DNA of 64,000 bases from Lingula anatina (GCA_051362555.1 CM120643.1:3968001-4032000), one strand, 5' to 3'; shown: positions 41,935 to 54,940, counted from the stretch's first letter. Numbers and translations: made by a program. The notes: generated by a model not told the origin, from the letters alone.

Positions 41935-43520
41935 TGCCTTAAAATTTTGCATGTGATTCTCTATGAAGAGGAACTGTAGTGGCCAAAAAGATTTTTAACT
42001 CTGAATTTTTTTACTTCTGAATATTTTGACTGTTATGCGCATTATTTTTTTTCGCTCGGCTTTCTCCTTTATATTCGCTTTAAAAGAGAGAGGGGGTATT
42101 CTAATTAAATTCATCCTTGTCGAACACAAACAGAAATGCTGTCAAAATTTTAATGCTTTGCCGATATCCATTTTCAAAAATCACAGTTTTTTACCTATAT
42201 CAAATGATTATGATGAAATGTCGCGTGTGATTTTCGCCCAAAACCCGTGACGTCTGCAGCGCATCTCTGAGGCGCGTTTACTAATTATTTTTCACTCGTG
42301 GAATGATTGTGTTAGTGCAGAAAATTTCTTTCTCACCAGATGACAACTGAAAACTTTGATAATATTTTTTGAACCACCATTAAGATCATCAAGGCCATCA
42401 AGATCATCATCGTTACAAATCTCTGAACATCACTTCCGGCCAGTCTTATATTACTTCAAGGAAACTAATTTGCATATAAGAGAAAAAATGCATTTTTTCT
42501 GATTTAGGCTTGTCTCCAATTTTTTCATTATTTTCAAATAACAATGTCATCTTTTGCTCACAAATCTGGACACCTTTATTCCAAATGCACTGTTTGTAAA
42601 TTTTGAAATTATAAATAACTTTTATATCACAGACGTGTATCACGTTTTCACTCCATAATAATAGCCGTACGGGTATAAAAGTAGGTCAATTGCCTGTATA
42701 AAATTGCCATACGATTATTGATTTTTTAGTGTGGACCGTTTTAGGGGGAGACACAAGTGGGAGATGTATCAAGATACCAGCAAAATATTTTAGTTGCATG
42801 CGGATTCTGAAAGTCAGAGTATATTGCAAACTTTGAAAGAAAAGAGTAAAACTAGGCCACATCTCCAGCTTCATCATGTAAAACTTTATAGATGCCACGG
42901 TCCCTCTCTATTTCATCTGACTCTCCATAAAATTTTTCAGACCGCGTTAACTGTTCACATCCCGGGAACCGCGAAGCATCCAGCGAGGTAGCAGACGCTG
43001 AGCTCTGCAGACGGCACATTGCATTCACAAGAGGGGGTAAAGGTTTTCTAGGGAAATGCTGTATTTTATTACCTCTGACGAATTACGTGATAAAGGAAAG
43101 ATGTTTTTTACATTTTTGAATTTGTATTGACTAAGTGCAATGAGAGACACCGATTCACTGTATTCTTTCTCAAAATTGACAGGTTAAAAAAAAGAGCAAA
43201 AGGAGATTACCTATCTCCCCTATGAATCCTTACATGGCATATCCTATCCGTGAACTTTTGATCTACTTAAGTTTTCACACTCCTACACACGCTGAGTTTG
43301 TATGGTATCAATAGAAATGGGGCGCAATGGTGGGACGGGGGGGGGGGGATTCTAATGTGACTTTTCATGTTCAAGAAGATATGGTTGTTCTATTTTGATA
43401 ATGCTACATGTATAACATATTTGGGTTAATGAACAGTATTACATCTGTTGTTTTATACGTTTTTTATATAAAATAAAACATTTTATTTTAAAAGATAGAC
43501 CTGAATTGAGAGCATTGGCA
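41935..43520 (+). repeat. ~1.5-kb dispersed repeat, copy 2
   Basis: Colinear with 7460-8905. Confidence 0.85.
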
Positions 43521-43703
43521 ACGGGGAAGAGCAGTTTTGTAAATAAAACCCACAGTTGTTGATTATGCTGGTCTGCACTTCCGCGCTTTATTGTAATTTT
43601 GATCTGATTCGTTTATTTTATGATGATTTACTTAAAACAAATAGTGAACCGATGTACAACTTCAATGATTGAATTTGGCTCTCCCCCTCTTCGACGATGT
43701 GCC

Positions 43704-43742
<39 letters not shown>

Positions 43743-44099
43743 TTAGTGTATGTGTAGAGGAGGGTGTATGTCGTTTTCACGTAGTCCTGCCATACATTGA
43801 CAAGGTACCGACATTATTTTAAAAATTAATTGTAGAGTTCAGCTGTAAATGACTATCTATCTAGCTAGACATATCTGTGAATATCTGTAAAAAAATCTAT
43901 CACTCGCCCTGGTAGAGGGTAGTGTGTATATTCTATTTTCATTTCCATTTGCGTGAAGCTGTATTTGTTGTTCAGATTCCTTTTTTAATTTTAAACTATT
44001 TTGCCTTTGTTCTTTTCATTAATTTTTCTTGTATTATTCTGAAAAGTAATTTTTTTATTTTTAGGTAATAATTACTTTGTTATAGATAGAGTCATCCAG

Positions 44100-44560
44100 A
44101 TTTGTTCATGATTCTATAAATTCGTGACAATACCACCAACAAGAATGCCTTAATTAAACCCGTTCTCTAGCGCGTGGTTTCCTACGTAAGTCACAGTAAA
44201 AACAGTCACCATTTTAAAAGGACACATACGCGACACAAGACAAAGACGGATTGTCGAGAAGAAGTTCATTAAATTATTAGACACTTCAAAAAAGGACTTT
44301 ATAGAGACAATGAGTATCTCAACAATATTATTCTTGTTTTATTATTACGTGATCTTCAAGACGTTAACCTTTATCACGCACTTCTAACTTCGTGTCCCTT
44401 TTCCATGCATCATACGCCACTAATACCATTAGTTTGCTTGTTTATTCTTGTTTTGGTACCTGAAGAAGGTCCACAAGCCAAAAGCTTGGGCATTTTTTTT
44501 TTATCTTTCAGAGATAACCTTTATAGATGCGTTATCTATATACATATATCTTTTTCCATA
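44100..44560 (+). mobile_element. Penelope-like element 3' relic (GIY-YIG C-terminus plus decayed hammerhead motif)
   Basis: VTILKGHIRDTRQRRIVEKKFIKLLDTS/GLYRDNEYL (44205-44320, one frameshift) fits PLE endonuclease ends. CTGAAGA-AGGTCCACAAGCC-AAAAGCTT at 44460-44487 resembles a minimal hammerhead with GAAA changed to AAAA. Confidence 0.6.
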
Positions 44561-45062
44561 AAGATACGAAAAATGCGGTCGAATGAAAATCTGCAGTTTT
44601 ATTTATCAGTCATAACATTTAATTATCATAAAAGAGGTTTGTAATCTGATTCTGGTCCGAGGATCAATTGATTGCGAATTCGGCCAGAGACAACCGGAGA
44701 GAGAGAGAGAGAGAGTGCACTCTACTCGAGCCATAGATGGAGTTTTCTCTAGATATTCACAGATATGTATAAAATTCAAAAATGCCTTTAATAATTTTTA
44801 AAAAAAATTTCTGTGTATGATTTAAACGCAAAGGGCGATCGCGTTTATTACGTTTGTTTGGAAGCAAGTGTAATGTCAAACGTCTCAGGAAATATCTAGA
44901 ATGTTTATTTTAAATAACGCAATAAATAACTTGCGGCTACTTTTAAAACCTGTAAAATCCTTCGAGTCGTATTTTTGCTCTAGATCATTAATTTTAGTTG
45001 CTTTAATGTTTTGAAATATTTTAGACATCAATTAAATCTTAATTTTAGTTAACCCAAGAACT

Positions 45063-45359
45063 GAAGGCCCCGTTGGGTATTTTCCTTACCCGTAACAGCC
45101 ACTTATCATTCCCCGAGATGTGAAGCACCCCATTCCTGTGAATCGTGAATTGCGGGTTTCTGTCCCTCGTCTTTAGTGGAACGAAGTCATTATGCTCGGT
45201 GATAGTTATTTTCAGCTCGCCAGACTAGCATTTTCAATGAGACACGAATTAAGTTTTTAATTAATTTATGTGATTTGTGATTTGATGATTTTATTTCCTG
45301 TTGCCGTGAACTGTGATCCCTAACCCCCCCCCCCCCCCCCCCCATCCAAGCGGGCCCTC
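45063..45359 (+). mobile_element. ~290-bp MITE-like dispersed repeat, copy 2
   Basis: Ends GAAGGCCC...GGGCCCTC; colinear with 9893-10176. Confidence 0.65.
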
Positions 45360-46257
45360 ATGATTTTAATAGCTAGACGATATGTTAATAGGGCGCAGTC
45401 ATATGTTTTACACGAAACACGACAAAGTTGCATTCTCTTAGAAAGCCATTTGCAAAATCTTCGTTACCAGGCATTGAGAAAATATAGGCCTACTTGGAAT
45501 TGTGGGAAAAATTTAGACCTTTTGAAAAAAAATATTAACGCGCATCTAACATAAGCATAATACCGCAGTCCCTAGCGCAGTCAGGTAGGGCCTACTAGTA
45601 ACTTTGCAGGATATTAAGGCAAAAATTGACTTTAGAATATTTTAAAGTAGGCCTACGTTAATTATAGGCCTACTTTTAATGGTAATTTTTCTAAATGTGA
45701 AGGTCCTTAAATGCTCCATTTGCTCAAATTGAACGTTGTGTTAGCAGTGCTGAGATCCAGCAAATGTTGAAGCAAAAATAACAATTAAAAAAATATTTAA
45801 AATAACCATTTTGTAATAATATATTCTCAATCAATAATCAATAATATCATATATAAACGAAAAATCAAAAGATATAATAACTTGGACGCAGAGTAAAACT
45901 GCGGCGCGCTTCATGTGACCGGATGTACCGAGATGTGACCCAGTATTCACTGCGGGGTTTGGTTGTGGGGCTTAGTTCGGCGGAGCGGGAACATTTTTAC
46001 AAGTTTATATGAAATAGCTTTATACCAAGGACAATATATATTTATGAGCTACCTTTCAAGTTTCATCTGAAGCAGTAGGACATTCCACGTTTCCAGCATC
46101 CTTTTAAAGACATGCAAAGACATTCTTGATGACAGAAGGGTGAGTACACTGTTGTAGTGATCTGGTACCGGAAGTCTCTCTGTCTCAAGGTTGAGACCCA
46201 AGTCCATGATGATGGTAGATTTTTCAAGACCTGCTAAAAGCTTCGCTGGTTATTGCC

Positions 46258-46500
46258 TCATTGCTGGCCAAAGTGACAAACTTGAAATGTAGAATCTACG
46301 TAGCAGAGAGAAAGGGAGACTTGCTCTGTGTTGCTGACATCTGCCATTTCGTCATCCAGGATGGAGAAACACTGGGAAGCTTTGCATTCTTGAATTATGC
46401 CTGCTGGTACTTGTTTGGCCATCAGATCTAGTAATTCATTTTGAATGAGAGGAGATGTATATTGAGTGTTTTTTGGACCCTTCTCGATGTGCTGAGTCAC
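46258..46500 (-). mobile_element. hAT (ZMYM1/DUF4371-type) transposase fragment
   Basis: KNTQYTSPLIQNELLDLMA...FSILDDEMADVSNTEQVSLSLCYVD matches the hAT-family motif YTS..IQNE..FSI..DE..DVS..EQ.S..LRYV. Confidence 0.85.
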
Positions 46501-46854
46501 AGTTTCAGATGCTGACAGCCGAAGAAATGCGGAAAAATTCGATCAATCACCAGTTTTTCGTCTTATTGGTATGTTTTGTTGTGCGCACGTCAACAGTGTT
46601 TTGGCAGTGGATCTCAGAATGTGTCTGTTTGCTTCGACACGGGTAAATTTTTATTTACCGTACACAATGGTTTCATGGTAAAAAGTCCACTTTTTAGGAA
46701 AAAAAACCTTTTGAAATTGCGGGCTACAAGTCTGTTGAATGTTTATAATGAGTGTTTCTCTTTTTTTTTCCAGCTCACACACACAGTTTGACAATTGGTG
46801 TACAGTGTCATGTGTCTCTGTAGTGGCCTGTTTGACACGGTCAGTTTGGGATGA

Positions 46855-49394
46855 TGTTATATCCAATACATGGCTGCTGATTGGTTGCATCTTGACTGGG
46901 GCCACCACCTGGCGGATGGCGTGGTAAAGAACGAGTATGAAAGAAGCACATGGCACCCGTCATAACATTGGTGATAAGGATAAGCAAGAAATACTAACAC
47001 CTCACAGGGAGAACTGCTAGACGAGTTCAATATATCCACATAGCAGGAATTGTTCTGCACGTAACACAGTTCAATCCACCGGAAAATAGACTAATTACAG
47101 GGCCAGCATGGGAAACATGGCTGGAGATCCCAACAAGGTGAAAGCTGTGAAAGAATACAACCCACCAAAAAGTAAAGAAGTTCATAGTTTTCTCAGAATG
47201 ACCGAATACCTAGACAACTTTATAGAGGATTATGCCTCACTGACTGCTCCACTAATAGAGCTGACCAAGCAAGATGTGAAATTTCGTTGGCAAGATGAGG
47301 AAGAAAAAGCCTTCGAGAAATTAAAAGAAGCTATTAGCAGCAGCAAAACAGTGGCCTTATTTGAACCAGGCAAACCAATAATGTTGAGAACAAAAGCCAG
47401 TTTTAACGAAGGGTTGTCGGCAGGACTGTTCCTAGAAACGGACAAAGGACTTAATCCATTCAGTTCATAAGCAGAGCACTGACAGAAACAGAGAAGAAAT
47501 ATTCACAAACTGAAAAGGATGCATTGGCCATAAGATGGACAAAGAACAGGATGAGAATATACCTACAGGGTGCACCAAAGGTCAAGGTCATCACAGCACA
47601 CAAACCATTAGTACCCAGGTTTAACAAAGCACAAGAAAAATTACCACCGAGAATAGAGAAATGGGTGATGGACTTACAAGATGTTGACTATGAAGTGGTA
47701 TATGAGCCAGGAAAGAATGATGCAGACTCTATTGGTTATCTATCCAGACAGCCACGGCCACAAACGAGTGGTGATAGCACAGAGAGGAGGATCAGATGGA
47801 TGGTCAAATCTGAAAATGCAGTGATTCTCAATGAAATGGCAGAGAAAACCCTCACTGACCCAACACTAATCAAACTTGGAGGGAGAATACACTCATTATA
47901 TGTGACTATGTTTTAGTTAAACAGAACAAAAGAAACAAACTCTCAACACCATATGAACTGATTTTCTATATCGTCATGGAAATACATGGTTCTCAAGTTA
48001 CTGCCAGAAGAGATACAGACAGAAGAACAATCTGCAGAGACGCAAGTCAATTCAAACTGTGTAACTACGTCATAAACACAACAGATGATGTAATGAAAAT
48101 TCCAGCAGACTTGTATTTGAAAGAAAACACAAATGAGATGAGAAGACAAGATGATGCATGTGAATTGCAACTTAGTGATATATTACAGTGAAAAGTGACA
48201 TTGCAGCAACAGACACACAGAATATTCCAAACTTAGATGATATTGCATTAAATACAGAGAATTCAATTGATGAGAAGACACCACAGCAAGAGAAAAACAG
48301 TGATCATATTGCAGAACCAATTACACTAGACCACAGAGAACGATCAGAAGGCCAGTTACTTTAAAGATTGTGTAATCAGGATGAAGGCGGATCGCTGTCC
48401 TGAGGAGAAAAAAAGTAATCTGGGATAATTTCTAGATGTAATCAGGATGAAGGCCATTTGCTGTCCCGAAAAAAGTAATCTGAGATAATTTATATTTTAG
48501 CAGGATGAAGGTGGATCGCTGTCCTGAAAAAAAGGAATCTGAGATAATTTATATTTAATCAGGATGAAGGCGGATTGCTGTCCTGAAAAAAGTAATCTGA
48601 GATAATTCATATTTAATCAGGATGAAGGCAGATCGCTGTCCTGAAAAAAAGGAATCTGAGATAATTTATATTTAATCAGGATGAAGGCGGATCGCTGTCC
48701 TGAAGCAAGTGATCTGAGATAATTTATATTTAATCAGGATGAAGGCAGATCGCTGTCCTGAAAAAAGTAATCTGAGATGATTTATATTTAATCGGGATGA
48801 AGGCGGATTGCTGTCCTGAAAAAAAGGAATCTGAGATAATTTATATTTAATCAGGATGAAAGCGGATCGCTGTCCTGAAAAAAGTAATCTTAGATGATTT
48901 ATATTTAATCAGGATGAAGGCGGATCGCTGTCCTGAAAAAAGTAATCTGAGATAATTTATATAATTTAATTAAGATGAAGGCAGATCACTGTCCTGAAAA
49001 AAAGTAATCTGAGATAATTTATATTAAATCAGAATGAAGGCGGATTGCTGTCCTGAAAAAAGTAATCTGAGACAATTTATATTTAATCAGGATGAAGGCG
49101 GATCGCTGTCCTGAAAAACTTGAGCATATAGCACTCAAGATGTGACTTTATACAATATGAAAACTGAAAATTCATTAGGATTCAGAATATTCAAGGATTA
49201 TGATTGACTAAGACTGTTTTTTTAAGTTTATATGTTGTGGAAAAAAATAAGGTTGGGAGGAATGTTATATCCAATACATGGCTGCCGATTAGGCGCGTCT
49301 TGACCGGGGCCACCACCTGGTGGATGACATGGTAATGGGAACAAGTGTGAAAGAATCACATGGCGAGTGAGACCCACGGCACCTGGTCATAACA
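46855..49394 (+). mobile_element. Internally deleted Gypsy LTR retrotransposon with very short LTRs
   Basis: LTRs 46855-46967 and 49263-49394 (TGTTAT...ATAACA). A 5-bp TSD GATGA is at 46850-46854 and 49395-49399. There is a decayed PBS (TGGTGATAAGGAT) and a PPT before the 3' LTR. RT-thumb/RNase H relics are in ORFs 47108-47470 and 47524-47916, and an integrase C-terminal relic (GSQVTARR) is at 47976-48191. Confidence 0.92.
48372..49118. repeat. ~58-bp tandem repeat (~13 copies) in the Gypsy 3' region
   Basis: Unit AATCAGGATGAAGGCGGATCGCTGTCCTGAAAAAAGTAATCTGAGATAATTTATATTT. Confidence 0.95.
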
Positions 49395-49784
49395 GATGAT
49401 ATGTATTCAACCCAAGGTGGAGAAGTGGTCATTACCCACCCTCACCCATCACCATGCCAAAAACACCTCCTTGCAGGTAGTGCACAAAATTATTGATTGG
49501 TTTTGTTTTACAAGTTGTGTTACAATAGATAATTTGTCTTCTATCCTTCCCCTGTAGATCAACAAACCAGTTATCATATTTTGTTTCCTTTAAATTTAGA
49601 TAGTTTTTTTCACTTTTCTTATGTTACTCTTTACAAAATGTACTTAAACAAGGCACAGTAAACTGATATACTTATCCCAGATTATTACAGGTGTTAGGCA
49701 ATTTGTGTGCAAATTTCACTAATTCCAAAAGAATTGGTTTATTTAACTTTGATCAGTTTAAGATTATGACAGTTGTACCAGTCA

Positions 49785-50660
49785 TAATTGTGCCCAGCAG
49801 CCTCCAAAAGACATTTTAAACTTGTCTCTGTTCAGTCACCACAACTTTGATGTCTGCCATATTAGGTGGATATTTGGCAGTATATTGTAGTTTTAATATT
49901 CTGCTGGCTCTTGTGGACTGTCAGGGTTCTGTCTTTTTATTAAGATAATTTATGTCACTTCATTCATATAATCCAGCTCCAGTCTCCATACAGCATGGTG
50001 GCTTCTAGGTGAACTGACTTTACCTGGCTGAACATGGGGGACATGAATTGTTAATATGAAATAGACAGGAAAAAGCAGCTGCAGGAACATCCCTTCATCT
50101 CACACAGTTGTGCAAGACACAGCAAGTTTCAGGATGAATAGGTTGTAAAGAGCCAGAGACAGGACAGCCATGGTAAACAGGGAACTGGACTTCTTGCAGG
50201 TAGTTTGCCAATTGATATAATAATCCCAGATTTTTACAATTATGAGGCATTTTGTGGCAAATGTCACAATAAACCCCACAGATTTGGCAGAGTTCTATTT
50301 ATTTAACAGTGTTCAATCTGAGAATGTGCTGGTCTCGGCAGTCACAGTTGTGCCCAGCAGCCTCCCCAGGGAGGTAGATCGATCCAAATATCTGTGGGAA
50401 TGGTCCCTTATACATTGTCATGTCTCTTTTTCCAGCTCCAGTCTCCATACAGCATGATGTCTTCTAGGTGAACTGACTTTACCTGGCTGAACATGGTGGA
50501 AATGTATTTTTTATAAGACTGAAGCAGACATTAAAAGACAGCAACGGGAACATCTGCATCTCACCCAGTTGTGCAAGACACGGGATGCGGCAAGTTTTAG
50601 GATGAATGAAACAGAACAGAAACAGGACAGCCATTGTAAACAGGTGACTGGACCTCTTGA
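49785..50660. repeat. Diverged local direct duplication
   Basis: TGTGCCCAGCAGCCTCC and TCCAGCTCCAGTCTCCATACAGCATG..CTAGGTGAACTGACTTTACCTGGCTGAACATGG occur twice (~49790-50200 and ~50350-50660). Confidence 0.8.
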
Positions 50661-51309
50661 AGATAGCAAACAAAATGTATGGTTGTTTTTTTATACAAAT
50701 AACGATAGGTAATTTGTTTCCCCTCTTTCCTTGTAAAGACACAAATACCAATTGTAACATTTTTTTGGGGGGGGGGTGAAATGATTATTTCAATGTTGAA
50801 AGCATGATTATTATGAATAAAATTAATGTTTCATTGCTTTAATTATAATGTAAATTTAATATTTATATTCATCAAGTGCTTTATTAATCACACCTGTCAT
50901 TTGTTAAGAATTTGAACCAATTCATCTTGTATGCACAAAACACATAAAATGAATACTTATATTTTAATGTGATCACCATTACATACGAGCAGTATCAAGA
51001 TATAGATGTCAAGTATGGTGATACAAAAATGATTTTGTGCATTTTACAAAAGCATCCTATATTTGAATTACTTATCATTGAATTGTTTCTGATAATAGTT
51101 TATACTAGATGCACGAAGAATTGTTAAGGATATTACAGAGAGGATTCACATGAAAACAGTTACATTGCAAACATTTCATTAATGATTTTAGAGAGTGCTG
51201 CCAGAACCACCCAGAACAAGACTTCTAAACACAGCAGATCCTGTGGAGCCAGTTATATGAACAGTACAATTACACAACAAATGTGGGTTCCAGGTAACAC
51301 AAAGAATCA

Positions 51310-51620
51310 ATTTCTCCCATATGCATGGAAACTATAGAGGCAGGGTATATAAAGCAAGGAGATTGTGTTGGACAATACTCTTATCACTGAAGATGAATAG
51401 ACACATTAGAAATGTTTAAGAGTGAATTGATATTTCAGCTCAGTTGTAATGTGTTATAATAATTTTCCTCATATGCATGGAAACTTTTACAGTACTAGTA
51501 GAGGTAGCATATACAGTGAGATTGTGGTAGACAACATGCCATAGCTGAAGAGACCAAGAGGTCATTGAAAATGTTTAGATGTGAATTTATATTTCAGGTC
51601 AGATATGATGTGTTATAAAT
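51310..51620 (+). repeat. Diverged ~155-bp tandem pair, each with a CTGAAGA...GAAA motif
   Basis: CATATGCATGGAAAC...GAGATTGTG...CTGAAGA...GAAA(A)TGTTT...ATATTTCAG...TGTGTTATAA is present twice. Confidence 0.7.
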
Positions 51621-51624
51621 GGTC

Positions 51625-52150
51625 TCTGTTATTGCGAGTGCATTAAGTTATAATTGCAAATTTTATCACATATTTATTATATACAGACACTTTCAGTCTG
51701 TCTATATTCTGATCACTGTGTCTGTCCAGTGTCATTGCCATAGTCAGCACTTTGTGACACATCTGTTGTTTGCCCTAAAACTGATAAACTGTTTTTTTGT
51801 TTTAAATTTCTCTAGAAAATCAGCATGATTGGATTATTTTATGTTATTGTTTTGTTATCGTTAGCAGTTTGGATATGATGCTACAGTATTTCCTGAGTAT
51901 ATCAGATTAAAGCAGCAATGTAGATGTGTTTGTGTATCAGGAGTGGTGTTAGTGTATCTGCCTGTTTCAGTGTGGAGTTTATGCCCACTGGTGCAAAAAC
52001 AACTAAGGCTTTTTCTTTTTTCATCATCTTGAACAATGTCCAGATATTTTTCCTTTTTAAATGTATTTTTGAATTGGCAATAGGTGCTGGATTTAGATTT
52101 GTCCTCAAGTTAACTGTGCAAGTTTTGTACGAAGCCACTGTTGATTACCC
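51625..52150 (-). mobile_element. 3' fragment of an RTE-X-like LINE
   Basis: A minus-strand frame not shown in the ORF track reads STYCQFKNTFKKEKYLDIVQDDEKRKSLSCFCTSGHKLHTETGRYTNT, matching the RTEX/L2-group C-terminal motif YL..R..L...R.S.H.L.IE.GR. Confidence 0.7.
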
Positions 52151-52376
52151 TAGGTTCTAGATTCCGGTATTGCCAGCTCGATCTTGATTTCATATATAAC
52201 CTATAGTAGCAATACCAGGCTCTAGCGAACAGTGGCAACTCAAAATTCTGCCTGGGGCGCTTCCATATTTGGAAGTCACATGTGTCGTACGTCACAGCTC
52301 TGTCCCGCCTTGAACTGCCTTTGACATTGTGATCTCGCGACATCTCGTGCTATACGAGACAAAAAACAAAGAAAAT

Positions 52377-54940
52377 ATGGCTGACGCAGAGTTCGATGCA
52401 AGTGTATGTTTGGCTCTCAGTTTGCTGAAAAATGCACCCATCGAAGAAATTAAAAGATGAACAAAAAGAGGCTCTTGTTCATCTCTTGAATGGTGAGGAT
52501 GTTTTCGGGGTGCTACCAAAAGGGTATGGAAAAAGCTTGATATATGAGATCGTCCCAAAACTGTTTCCAATATGTAGACAAAAGAAGGTAGGAACATCGG
52601 ATATTGAAATTGCTGCATCAGTGATCGTTGTATCGCCATTGATATCGTTGATGAAAGATCAGGTAGAAGAGATGATGCAGCTGGGGCTTGACTCAGTATA
52701 CCTAAATAGTGAGCACGAGCTAACAGAACCCGAGTTGCAGAAACTAAAGCTTGGAGAGTACGATGTTGTATTGGCAAGTCCAGAATCATGGCTGGGGAAG
52801 TACAGGTACCTCTTCGACATCGAGGACTTTCGGAACAACATTTGTTTGCTGGTTGCAGATGAAGCTCATGTTATACCACAGTGGTGAGCTATATATGCAA
52901 TGTTATTTATAGAACTATGTAAGGCAGAAAAAGGAAGACCATTTTTTTCGAAAAATTCATTATTTCCACGAAAATTAATTAAGTTTGATATTAAAAAAAA
53001 AAAAAACCCGGACAGTATCATTTTAAAATTACTGTATTTGACATTATTGTGGCTCTGGTAAGTAATTTTAAAAAAGAGCCAGCATAATACAAGATCACAA
53101 GTTACTAAAATAAAATATAATCAATGAAGTGATAAAAGACTCTTTAATTATAAAAAAACATGCTCCTTCATTGCACATAAGGGATGCTTACATCTTTATT
53201 TTAGTTTTGATATCTTGGTTCAGTCATACTAAACTTAATTTTGTGTACATTTCAGGGGGTTGAACCAGAAGCGCAAGAAAGCTTTTAGGGGAGCTTTTTC
53301 ACAGCTCAGAGAATTGAGGGCTCTAGTAAGAAAGGACGTTCCCTTCTTGGCTCTGACAGCCACAGCTAACAAGAGGACGAGAAGGAAGATTACACAGACA
53401 CTGCTATTAAGGAAGCAACACTATATTATTAGGTAAATTCACTTTTTGAAGTGCAGACAATTATATAATGTTTAAGCGTAAGTGTAAGATTTGTTTTATA
53501 AACAGCTTAGTGATTTAAAGGACCACTCAATTGTATGGACCTTTATAGAGCAAAAAATGATTATAATTATAATGATAATAAAGGATTTATAATAATAATA
53601 AATACTCATACATACATTTGCATACTACATTCAGTGCACAATAGGGTGTATTTTGCTATTTTCATCTGCATCACAAAACATATTTATAGGATATGTTGAA
53701 TTTTTTCTATATAAAAGCAAAGGACTGAGACCTATGGCTGGATTTGGCACCAAATTAAATTTCCCCAAACACAAAAGCAATTTTCCATACTCCCCACCCA
53801 TTTCAAGATTTTTAATTCCTACAAGAATATTTGTGCAAATTTTGTTATTTCTTATTATTATTGCACATATTTTGTATATATCTATATTTCAGGTCTCCAA
53901 AAAGAGAGAACATATTTAAAGCACAAGGGGTGCAAGACTTGGACTGGCTTGTGGAGCAGTTGGGAGAAGAAAGACTTAACATGAGGAGGACATTGTTGTA
54001 TTGCCGTGCAGTAAAGGATGCAATAAGTGTGTATGAACATTTTTTGAACCTGCTGGGAGAGAGATCATATGTAGATGACACTTCAAAACTATCCGGTAAT
54101 CGCCTGTTTGCCCTGTACCATCACAATACAAATGACAAAAGAAAAGAAAATATGTTGAAAGACTTGATAACTGATAGTGGTCACTTCAGAGTTGTCATTT
54201 GTACAAATGCACTAGGCATGGGAATAAATGTTCCCAACATTTCAACAGTTATTCACTATCGTGTACCATCGATGACTGAGTCCTATATACAGGAAATTGG
54301 ACGCGCAGGTAGAGATGGGAAAGAGGCACAAGCACTACTGTACTACTGTGCACGTCACTTGTTAGGTACAGAGAAAGAGATGAAGTATTTTGTAAGAGGA
54401 AAAGAACAATGTAGAAAAAAACAACTGTTCAAAGAATTTGGGGAGGTTAATGAAGGTGACCATAGATGCTGTGACATTTGTTTAGAGAAAGGGAAGAGTA
54501 GCAGCATGGAACCAGAGGCAGCAAGTCATGCGCTTCATGTGCCCGATCCTCACACAGCAGTGAGAGAGCCATCAAATGGAGACTTAAGAGTGATGTTATA
54601 TTGTCTGAGGGAATCTAAAGACAAGTGCAGGCATTTAAATGTTTTAGGCATAAATTTTTTTCCAGATTTACTTGTTAATGAAATCATTGCAAGTACCAGA
54701 TACATTGATAGTTATGATTATGTAATCACAAACTTGAGTGTTATACACCCTCTTGTAGCTATAGAAATTGTACCTGTTTTAAATGAAGTGTTCAGGGAGG
54801 AATTACCGGTGCCCACAATTGATAATGATATTTTAGAAGATATAGATGACTTAGTATTGCAGTCAGTTTTCAATCAGGAAGAGGAGGAGGAGGAGGACTC
54901 CTTTGCAGACCTCCTAGATGAGTATGCAGAGTCACATTGA
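52377..54940 (+). pseudogene. RecQ-like superfamily 2 helicase (transposon-borne, AcademH type), 3 exons, frameshifted
   Basis: Exons 52377-52883, 53256-53432 and 53893-54940 with GT-AG introns. Motifs: Q motif LKDEQKEA, Walker A LPKGYGKS, Ia VVSPLISLMKDQ, DEAH, aromatic loop W..FR, LTATA, TNALGMGIN, QEIGRAGRDG, Zn-binding CR..CCDIC and an acidic tail. A 1-nt frameshift near 52450 separates the ATG at 52377 from the rest. Confidence 0.85.

Noticed and set aside
45550-46110. Possible Kolobok-like non-autonomous element ending CATCCTTTTAA
   Set aside because: Only one plausible end is visible, with no matching TIR.
48372-49118. 58-bp palindromic repeats as a CRISPR array
   Set aside because: Pure head-to-tail tandem units with no variable spacers, located inside an LTR element.
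52377-54940. Host RecQ orthologue (BLM/WRN/RECQL)
   Set aside because: It is too short, has no recognisable accessory domains, is frameshifted and is paired with a transposase, so no gene symbol was assigned.
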